A stretch of 64,000 nt of DNA from Magallana gigas (taxonomy: Eukaryota), in assembly GCF_963853765.1 (NCBI RefSeq), contig NC_088858.1:12462001-12526000 (forward strand). The letters are read 5' to 3'. This document shows, piece by piece, positions 12,453-23,000 of the stretch; position 1 is the stretch's first letter; each line of letters opens with the position of its first letter. The notes under the pieces are model-generated. The model had not been told where the DNA came from, did no database searches, and worked only from the letters and a program-made list of their open reading frames with translations. The translations under genes and the position numbers were made by a program.

Positions 12453-13390
12453 AAATTGAATGGAAATGTCCCTACATGACCTTCGTTGCGCAAGAGGGAT
12501 TTAAAGTACGTAGCATGAAAATATAAATAAAGTAATGTTGAAGCCAACTTTGATTTACTTTGGATGATTGATTTACAAATATGTATGATCAAATTCGGTT
12601 GATAGAGATGTATATATATTTTAATTGTATTGAATACTTATGATTCTATAAACTGACCCCATAATTCTTAAAGTTCGGTGACCTACAAAATCAAACTTTC
12701 TATCAGTCGGATTTATCTTATTTGGTGATAAAGTTGCAAAATTTAGGAAAATGTGTCTGATTTGGACACTAAATCGGCATATCCGCTTCTTGAATAAGAT
12801 AGCTTATCAGACGATTCCAAATTAGGTTGCTTGTTTAGTAACTGTTGTTTGTGAATGTGCCGTTCTTTGTCCATCACAACTTAGTGACATGTGACTTGTT
12901 TACATGGTTCGTCAGGCAAAAAGATCGCACGTTGACTTTACGTCTCACTAAAACGCCATGATGATAATATTTAGAAGGAATATCAAGTTAAAAAATACAT
13001 GTAAAAATACTTATTAATTATTATCTATGTCGAAAAGAGTGTATGTATCCATTCTGAATATTTGGATGACTATGTGTGGTCACCAATGAAAAGTTCTTTT
13101 TAACATGAATCAATGTAAATGTTTATAATGTTTGTTTGTTCATTTGTTTCTATCAAATTTTACAGTGTAGTTAGCAGAAGACGAGTCTGTGACGATACTT
13201 TACTTTGCTACAGTAATATATAATTAACTCTTTTTTGTACATTCATTACATATTTTATTACATCAAAAATATAAACGCACACAAAGAAATAATTGAATAA
13301 ATAATCATGAAATATGTACAATGATGACTGAATGAATGTGAAACGCGCCGAGTACTGTCCACATTAAATTGGTAGTGGGAGGTCGGTCCT

Positions 13391-14622
13391 TTAATCAACA
13401 ATTTGAGCAGGCCATAAAAAGCACACCATATCCTTCCCACTGTCATCTCTGATTTCTAGTTTTGCAACGAGAGAAACCTGAAACCAAGCATATATGACAT
13501 TGTGAAAGCATGTATAGAATTTTGGTACATGTAATGTGAAAGTGGAATATTATTATATATAACGCTGATTCAAATTCACAATTTTCGCCAAACCACATTT
13601 AGTACGAACTGTACCAACATACAAAAATAATAAGAAAATCGACAGCTAATTTTGGGTTTTTTTTTATTACAACATGGAATCAAATGAGGACTTGATGAAA
13701 AATAATACAATTACCTTTGGATAGGATTGTTCAACCTTCAAAGCGTTTAAGTAGACAATTTTACTATTTGCATTTATTGGACCGGAAATGAGTCCCTGTG
13801 AAACCGGAAACGGAACGGGGACTCCACCTATGATACCATGGAGGACAGATGTGTATTTCTTGGATTCTATCTCTATTTAAAAAGAAAAAAATGATAATGA
13901 TAAATACGACTTTCAATTACAGGCTTTGCAAAAGCATCTTAAGAATTGCATCTCTCTGTCTTACTCGAGGTAAATTCCACCTTCATGGTAACATTAACTC
14001 CTCTCTTGAATTGACATGGTTCTGATGGACAGGGAGTTATCTCCACTTGGTTTATGTTCCCAGTCACGGATCCTAGCATACGACAGATAATCACAATTAA
14101 AACATTGTTATTAATATAAGATTATAGTATCATAATCAATATGAACAATGCATTCTCGATATTTGGTAGAATTTCTACATATGTAATGATATATGGTATT
14201 TCTTAAAAACGGGGGGGGGGGGTTGTTTCAAGGTATATGTATTAGGTATTTCCAACTAAAAACGATGTCTAAAACATGCAACCGCTTCTTAATCGACAAA
14301 CAATATCAAACAGTTTAGACTTTCATTTAAGTTTTTTTTTTAGATTACAAAATTGAGTTCTTCATAGGTAACAAAAATTTCCAGGAGATTGGACATTCTT
14401 TTATTATCTATCAATAAATACTAGTAATAAACATGTATCATATTATATTTCCTTTGTTTAAAGTAAATTGATGCAAAAAAATAATAATAATAAAATTATT
14501 AAATGATAGGTATATGAAAAAGTAGAGGGCAACAACATACCACAATCCTTGACGTTGATGACATCAGCTGTTACGCAACACGCAACAACATGAAAAAGAA
14601 TGGCTCTCGTAACAGTGTCCAT
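13391..14622 (-). CDS. NPC2: NPC2-like ML-domain protein, paralog 3 (144 aa, only 4 mature-domain Cys)
   Basis: Exons 14622-14541, 14072-13965, 13872-13715, 13477-13391; phases 1,1,0. MDTVTRAILFHVVACCVTADVINVKDC-GSVTGNINQVEITPCPSEPCQFKRGVNVT..LHGIIGGVPVPFPVSQGLISGPINANSKIVYLNALKVEQSYPK-VSLVAKLEIRDDSGKDMVCFLWPAQIVD. The gene is missed by the ORF track. Confidence 0.93.
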
Positions 14623-15589
14623 CTCTCTAAGTTACAGACGAGAAGTAAATGATGAATAATAAAACAACTCTAAAAGTACCAGGTCTCTTATAATGGAGTC
14701 TTTATATATATATACAACTGTTAAAACCCGGCCTTGTTTTTGACTTTGGAATCGTTCGATCGTTTCTTTTGTCATACGACTTTGCGCGATAACGACTTAT
14801 GGGCTGATCGAAGTCAACTGTATAGGACATGTCGTTCTAGAGTCATAGGTTACATTGTACGGTATATATCTTGTGCTGACCAACTGAAATAGGGCAGATT
14901 ACGGAATTAACATACTTAACGATTTGTAAAACAGGACACGTACAAGTTAGCTGACGGGAGGTCAAAATAAATTATAGATATTGAGGTGTTTATTGGGCGA
15001 GGTGACATTTTAAAGCTTTTACTTTTTAACGTTTATGTGTACAGTGTACGATGAACTAAATTGACAAAACGAACGTACATGTTTCATGAAATGTAAACAA
15101 AAAGGAATGTAGTATTTATTTCATTTTTAAATCGCAACACGTACATTTATTTGGCGTGTCGTAACTTTGAAAAAGATTCTGATCTGGAATTTTGGAAGAA
15201 ACTGAAACTTCTCCTGTAAGTCTTTTCATCTGAATCAAATGATGATGCGGTTGTACTTAGGAGGAAACGAATGTTGCGTTTATTGGTGAATTAAACTGAT
15301 AATTGATGATAATAATAACAAACCTATTTTCGTCCCTCTCTTCAAGTTGCAATATTGAAAGGACAAACTTTCAAATAAGGTACTTAACCAAACGGTCGCA
15401 GATGCAAAGGTTTCTGAATATTTTGAGCGGATAATAACTTTTCCCATTTTATGGTACTGAAGTATTTTGAAACTTGGCATTGAGTGTTAGTGTACCAATT
15501 TGACTCTGCCAAGCAAAATGTTCTTAGAGGGACAAGGTCAAGTTTTCAGCTATTTTTTTTAAATCTGAATGTTTCAATGTGGTATTTTT

Positions 15590-15978
15590 AATAATGAACC
15601 AAAATTAAAGTGTCAGTCGTCGAGATACAGAGCTTGCACTCTTTGTTATGTAAACAATTATCAGACTAAATTTTGTTTTGTTTTATTTTTTGTCTAATTA
15701 CTGAATATTGAAAAGAAAATATAACGATATTGTTTTCATAACACCTAGCCAGGAGAGAAAAATCTACTAATAAAACAATTTTTTACTATTATTTTCAACA
15801 AACGTAAACAAAAAACATGACACGAGCCTTGATTACATAACAAAGAATTGTGAGCTCTCTAATAACTCGACAACTGACATTATCTCGCTGAACAAAAAAT
15901 AAATATCCCTCATGAAGCTTTCAAGTCATCAACAACAAAAGAAACATGGTTTTCCGCTTAAATCATGAGCAGGCTCCT
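15590..15978 (-). mobile_element. Kolobok-like element fragment (one intact end)
   Basis: The minus strand begins TTAA|AGGAGCCTGCTCATGATT (TTAA at 15979-15982), typical of TTAA-TSD elements. I could not find the other terminus. Confidence 0.45.
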
Positions 15979-16024
15979 TTAAATTAAACAAACAATGTTT
16001 TCTGAAGTGAACAGTACATTGTAG

Positions 16025-16250
16025 TGTGACCTTTGATTGTCATGTATAGGGATCATGTACCCCTTCTTCGGTACTTGTGTACTAAGTTTGAAGCATGTAA
16101 AGTAAACTTGGATGTTCTTTTTAAGATAATGAGTGGGCAACACTTTCAGTCTTCCGGTTGATATCTTGAGGCGTTTGACCCTTGACCTTTTCCCCCGTGG
16201 CTTCAAAAACTGACTGGGTTCACTTAATTATCCAGCATAGGATTTTTAGG
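16025..16250. repeat. Bivalve HINE/satellite-like repeat fragment
   Basis: Motifs TGACCTTTGA..ATAGGGATCAT..GTACTAAGTTTGAAG..TTGACCCTTGACC resemble dispersed bivalve Helentron-associated repeats. Confidence 0.4.
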
Positions 16251-16460
16251 AAATTGATCAGACAACACTTGAATTTACAGTATGAGTATAAATCAATAAC
16301 ATTACATCATGATCTGGATTATTCATACTCCAAATATATATGTGTTTTTTCCCAATTTTCCTGTTTCCCGCAGTTCATTGTCTCATATGAAAAACATAAA
16401 CCAACACAAAAATCGTTTAAGTTTTAAGTTTAATAAGAATCGAGATAATAGGTGTGGTGC

Positions 16461-18124
16461 TTAACCCACTATCATCGCGGGTACCACAAAACAAGCGAAA
16501 TCTTTCCCTGTGGAATCCTGGATCTCCCACTTTACCACAAGAGAAATCTGTAAAATAAAGAACTCGGAATGATTGAAAACTCGAGACCTATGAAGATCAA
16601 ATCAATCATTTTCATCTTAAATATTGAAAAAAAGAATGATTCTATAATTCTTATAATAATGTGTACATTGCTCTAGATGTCATGATGCAAACAATTCTAA
16701 AGAACAACATTTTTTTTCTAGATTTTAAAGAAAAAAGTATATACACTTAAGAAGAATTTTTTTTAACCAAATAAGAAATAACCGTGGGTATTATATACCG
16801 TAGGAGGCTGTGTGCAAACCAGCTCATTGATATAATTTTTAGCCTGTTTCTCATTCATTTGAAATATAAATAATAAAATACAGACTCTTGTGGAAGATTT
16901 TTTTCTTCGTTCGTAAAACATCAACAAAATCTGATATTGTGAAATCGGGCAAACACTCTGTGTTTGCATTAATACCTTAGGATAAGCTGGCTCTACAAAA
17001 ATGGCGTTGGTGTATGTGATCTTCTGGTTCTGTTGGATAGGGACGGGAGGGTTGACATCGCCATTAGCGGTGGGGAATGGTACTGGGACCCCGCCTATAA
17101 TGCCGTGCACGACCGTCTTAAACGTAGCGGAATTGGAATCTGAAAGTCAAATCAGCAAAGATCAGTAACCGGATGATCACATTTAAGTACTACCGGTATT
17201 GTGGGATAACACATTCATTGACTTGAACTGAAAAAGCACCTAGAAAAACCGTAAAATAGTGAAATGCAGAAACAGGGAGAGGACTTTTTTGGCATTTCGT
17301 ACTACTCAACAGCTTGCAATAAAATTATTAGAAACTGCTCATATGCATTGGAAATGGGGGAAGGGGGGCTTCGCCCCCCTTTTTTTTTGCAAAGTTACAC
17401 ATTACTATATCCAAAGACCTTTTTTTTCTTGTCAAGATTTTTCGTGAGTCTAGCCCCCCCCCCCCCTCCCCACTTTCAATCAATTTGCTTCCGACGCCAC
17501 TGGTGCTTTAGGCAGAGAAAAATACGAGTTTGCTTTTATTTTCGGTAGCCTCCACGTCACTTCAAGTAAGTTTTCAAACTGGTGTACGTCCAAGTGTAGA
17601 AACAGAAAGAAATTACGGCTTTAAAATGCATTGCATTCTTACTAGGAAGAAAATCAATGGAGATGGTGACGTTGGTGTTTTTCTTCAGCTGGCACGGCTC
17701 TGTGGGACACGGGTTGACGTCGACGCTGTTTATTTTACCCACGACAGACCCTGAAAGCAGAAAAGATACAGTGGATATTAATTTTTTTTTTGTTAATTAA
17801 AATCTTTTAAATAAATGACTTTCTGGTCCCTGTTTTGCATAGCGCACTATTTGAGATATTGATTTAGTGGTTCAAACGATTTTAACCACGATGTGAAAGG
17901 AAATCCATGTATACTGACTGGAATCGTGCACAAAAAAACGCTTATTTTTTAATTTATAAATTTGGAATTTCATGAAGATCAGATTCGAATAAAACGTATT
18001 CCCGCTATATAGTTTTGAATGAAATTTCGCTCGTGTATAATTTACACTTACCACAATCTTTGAATTTCACATTATCAGCAAAAGAGATGGATAATAGAGC
18101 CAGAAAAATGCACACGCGAATCAT
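16461..18124 (-). CDS. NPC2: NPC2-like ML-domain protein, paralog 4 (143 aa, only 4 mature-domain Cys)
   Basis: Exons 18124-18052, 17750-17643, 17139-16976, 16547-16461; phases 1,1,0. MIRVCIFLALLSISFADNVKFKDC-GSVVGKINSVDVNPCPTEPCQLKKNTNVT..VHGIIGGVPVPFPTANGDVNPPVPIQQNQKITYTNAIFVEPAYPK-ISLVVKWEIQDSTGKDFACFVVPAMIVG. Confidence 0.93.
17350..17502 (-). mobile_element. Truncated copy of the CAGTGGCGTCGGAAGC element family in NPC2-4 intron 2
   Basis: The reverse complement matches the 4547 terminus (GGCGTCGGAAGCAAATTGA..GGGGCTAGACT). Confidence 0.55.
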
Positions 18125-19280
18125 TTTAATCGTTGTCTATTTAAAATATTAATTAAATTGATGAAATCTACTAGAACCTTGGCGATCACAGCATTCCTAC
18201 AAGGCCGGGGGTTATCAGGATAAAATACAAGGCCACTTTATCATTATCTGCCCTTATGGAACCCTTATCAAGCGAAAAATTGACCCGGAGTGTATGAAAG
18301 ACACTGCAATATAATATTGCATGCATACTTTAATATATTACTTTCTTCAAAGTGCTTCCTGTGGTTTGATATTTCAAGCCTTTGTCTCTTCAGATTGGTA
18401 CAACCCAGTACTGGCCATATTTGGAGTAGATTGTTCGATTAGGTTCAAAGTTCATGAATGCACACTTATCAAGTAGAGCAACCCCTCCCCCAACTGTTCT
18501 GAACTTCACCTACTTACTACTACCCTAGTTTTCATTGGATTAGTATGATAGTGTCTGTAAAACAGGTTACTTATTTAAACGGATAGAGAGAAAGATCGAG
18601 AGAGAGAGAGAGAGAGAGAGAAATTTTCTCTTTAAAACGTTTATACAATATATTAATAAAAACAGAGGAGCGATGCATCAATGTAGTACACAATCTTGAT
18701 ACATGTATGAGTAAAATCCAAATATAGGGCTCAAAGTTTGGAGGAATTTTTTTTTCGGTCGGGTGCGAAGGCCTGAAATTTTTCGCTCTTGTGGTACATG
18801 TATTTTGTGATTTACATAATATATTGTACCAAAACAATGACGTATTATATAATTAAAAATGCATAAATATTTGGCGCACATGCCTCGTTGTCGATGTTTT
18901 ATTATGTCCTCAAGTTTGGATCCTATTCCGAAATTTTGCGCAAAATTGACTGTTATGCTAACTATAAATGTATATGTACTTTCAATGCAGCTTTCGAATG
19001 TAAGCGATTTTGTCAGATTTATAGTGTCTTATCATACATGTAAAATTTTCCACGACCAAAAATTAATTTGTCTGTATAGTAATACTATTTTCTCGACAGA
19101 TGTTAATATTGAATTTCGTATATTTTAAAAATATTTTTCTTATTCTATCGGCAATCTGTCTAGTACGGAATCTCATTACAAAACATTGAAAATATCATAG
19201 CATACCAACAAAAATAGTATAAAAATGCAATGCTATGAGATTTCTCTGCAGTGCTATGATATCTCTATGCTATTATTGCT

Positions 19281-19802
19281 TTGTTAAAACAAATTATTTA
19301 TTTGTTATAACAAATTGATAACTTGTTATAACAAATTATTAATTTGTTATAACAAAATACTAATTTGTTATAACAAATTGATAATCTGTTATAACAAACT
19401 ACTAATTTGTTATGACAAATTGATAATCTGTTAAAACAAACTACTGATCTGTTAAAACAAATTAATAATTTGTTATAACAAATTGATAATCTGTTATAAA
19501 GAATTACTGATCTGTTAAAACAAATTAATGATTTGTTATATAAAATTGATAATCTGTTATAGCAAATTACTAATTTGTTATAACAAAATACTAATCTGTT
19601 ATAACAAATTAATAATTGATCTGTTATAACAAATTACTAATCTGTTATAACAAATTAATAATTTGTTATATAAAATTGATAATCTGTTATATCAAATTAC
19701 TAATTTGTTATAACAAAATACTAATCTGTTATAACAAATTAATAATTTGATATAACAAATTGATAATCTGTGATAACAAATACTAATCTGTTTTAACAAA
19801 TC
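19281..19802. repeat. 21-bp minisatellite (about 25 copies, unit approx. TTGTTATAACAAATTGATAAT)
   Basis: Directly visible tandem array; each unit carries the palindrome TTGTTATAACAA. It lies between the divergent NPC2-4 and cysteine synthase starts. Confidence 0.9.
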
Positions 19803-20032
19803 AATAAAAAATACTGTTGCAGCCCTAATACGCTTCCGTATTAACCCGTTGTGATATCATGGTGTGCTACTGTAGCGTATAATTTTGATAGCAACAAAAA
19901 TCATAATACATGTATGTACAGCCTTGTCCTGGAAATATTTTTCATCGGGATCGGAGTGCGAGGATAAAAATGTCGTCTTAGAGTTTCGAGAGTCGTGAGA
20001 CCCAGTTTGAAAAAGTTGCAAACATTTATGGA

Positions 20033-23000
20033 ATGTCGGTCGGAAAGCAGATATTAACTGCACCAGTTCGGTTGCTGAGGAGGAAATCTGACTTTGCTCA
20101 ATATTCATCGGTAATTGTTTTACAAAATCTACTATTGTACTATCAAAATAATGTCATGAATTTTAGACATGATCAATATGACCCAGTTTTTAACTTCAGG
20201 TAAGTGCGTGTACCCATTATTTCTTCCTATCTTTACCTCAAATAGAGTAAGGAGTGTCCCTCTCTCTTTTGGAAGTTAAATATTGACATGTCATTTTGTT
20301 AAAGAGAGTCAACTAACTCGGAAATAGAGACAGATATGAGAGACGTATTTCTTTTTCATGATACTCTTGTATTATATATTAAATTAAAGCTATGATGTAC
20401 GTATATGCCTAAATTAATGAATGCTTGTTTTTTAAAAGGAAGAAATGTTTGAATTTTTTATCAAGCAACATAAGTTATAATCTTTCTGCAAATTATGCAA
20501 TTGAATTCAAACACATTTGAAAGTATGGGATATAAATTCCAATTAATATTTTTTTACATTGTGGTCCAGAATGTAAACACCCCAGTTTGAAATAGCCATT
20601 ATCATGTGATGTTGCAAGCTTTCATAGCATGTAAACAAGAAGTTAATGCAAAAGGGGTGTTCGTATGTGTTGGTAGTTGGATATCACATTCAGAGACAAA
20701 TAAAAGAAAAAGACAGAGACATTAAAAAGTGTTTTGAGTCAAAAAAATATCATTTTCTCTAACATTTGATAACTCGAGTACTCAATTAATACCAATAAAT
20801 AATCAGTCATATTTGTCACAATGTTTTTTAAAAACAGCTCATCATATTGACAAACTTTTGGTCTGCTTTCCAACATCACAAGAATTGTGTCAGGGCCTTG
20901 CAAGCATTACAACAAACATAATTGATACAATTACAAACAAGTGCATATATGATTAATGATATGTAATGTATGCATTATAGTTAATATACAGTGCTTGGTT
21001 ATGAACATATAGCCTGGTCATATTGAAAATTAAATAAAAGTATAACACTGTATAATTGCAAGTAATATATAAGGAATTCATTGAATAGCCACCCAGTTTA
21101 TATGAATATAAATTGTGTTGATATTGAATTTACTTCTTATAATTTTAATTGTATGCATTTCAGTGTAAAAAGTATTTTTAAGGCTGTTTAATTTTTCAAA
21201 GAACAATAATTGTGCAAAATTCAAATGTTGTCAAGCAGATTGATACATTTATCATTTGTCCTGTTGTGACATATAAGCAACATTCTTTTAAACTACATGT
21301 ATTTTTTTCAGCTCATCAAATTTTTTTTCTTCCCAAAATTGAATTATTAATCAATGAAATAGTATTGTCGTGTTGGCAAAATATTTAAAATATAAAGTGA
21401 TAATTTAAAAAAAAAAACTACACAGACTGTTACATTATATAGTTTGAATCCCCTTAGCTCTAGTTAAATTGACTTTTGACCTTTAAATTGTGTTCATATC
21501 ATATCTTGGGTCAGCTCGATCTGCATACATGAATTTTGTTTGTACAGGTCAGCTCATCTGTTGTCATAAGTTTTCCTGTGTATTATTTAATATTTTTCTA
21601 GCTCTCACCAAAATATGGTACAAAAGATCTGGATTCAACATGAAAAAATTATTTAATAAAAAATCATTAAAAGAAAAGTGTTGATCTAGTATACAAATAT
21701 ATTTGATATTGTATATATACAAATATATATGATATTGTAAATAAGATTATCATAATATATCATTTGGAGGGGGGGGGGGGCACTTTTTTAAACTAAGTTT
21801 ATTCAAATGAAGGAACACATTTATATAACATTTTTAAACTAAGTTTATTCAAATGAAGGAACAGATTTACATAACAATCTAATTATAAATAAAATTCAAT
21901 TTATTTTATCTTCTACTGCTACTCAATTTCATCTTTTATTAGCAGCTGTAGCCCATACAAAATATTGATTTTTTTTATTAAATTGAAATTAATAAAGAAT
22001 GGTTTATTTATACAGAATTTTAAATGAATTTTTTCTTCTTACTTGTACAGGATTCCATCAGAAATGGATTACTTGGGATGGTTGGAAGGTAAAAAAAAAA
22101 TAATACTATAAAATACCTGGTAAATATCAAATTAGGTTTTATTTGTTGGTGTCATTTTCTTCCCTTACCATTAATTTTTTTTTACAGAACACCTCTTGTG
22201 AGAATAAATAAACTTAGTGATGAAACTGGTAAGTTTTTTAATTCATATTTCCAGAAAAACACAGTATTTTTAAAGACTTGTAACTTTCAACTTTATAGCT
22301 ATATTCCATTCTATGATTTCAATGAAGTTTGCACTTTGGAATTAAATATTTACCGGTATTATTAAATATTGCTGTGCAGGTTGTGAGATATTGGCCAAAG
22401 CTGAGTTCTGCAATGGAGGTGGATCTGTGAAAGACCGAGCCGCATACTTCCTAATTAAAGATGCTGAAGAAAAAGGTTACATCTTTCTGAATGTGAAAGC
22501 TTAGGAATTTTATTAAATCATTATTTGGTACATGTATGGTGTATATATTTTGGCTTTTGAAATGGTCATCATATCAATGATGTCTTGCTCACATTTATGA
22601 GGAAACTGTCCGTTAGGCACAGGTGTTAAGTATTTAATCACAGGCATTTATTCAATATCTAGAATCTATATTAGAGTGTAGTATGTTTAAGTCTAGTGTT
22701 ACTGTTGCATATACTTTAAAAATTATCAGAATTGCCATTTGAACACAAGGCAAAAGTAAGAATTTATCATTGCTGCTAATTGACATTCCATTCAATTCGA
22801 AGTAAGATACTCCAGAAATCCTCTGTGAAGTTATATGATAAGAATTGACTAGATCATAGGGGACAAAGTTAATAGAAGACAAGTTTACAGAGCTTGTTTG
22901 CTGACATTGTTTTAGGGCTGTTAAAACCCGGAGGGACAGTTGTAGAAGGGACAGCAGGAAACACTGGGATAGGGCTGGCACACATGTGCCTGGCGAAGGG

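Noticed and set aside
19281-19802. CRISPR-like or coding repeat array
   Set aside because: The 21-bp units are contiguous with no unique spacers, the context is eukaryotic, and no long ORF spans it in the supplied track.
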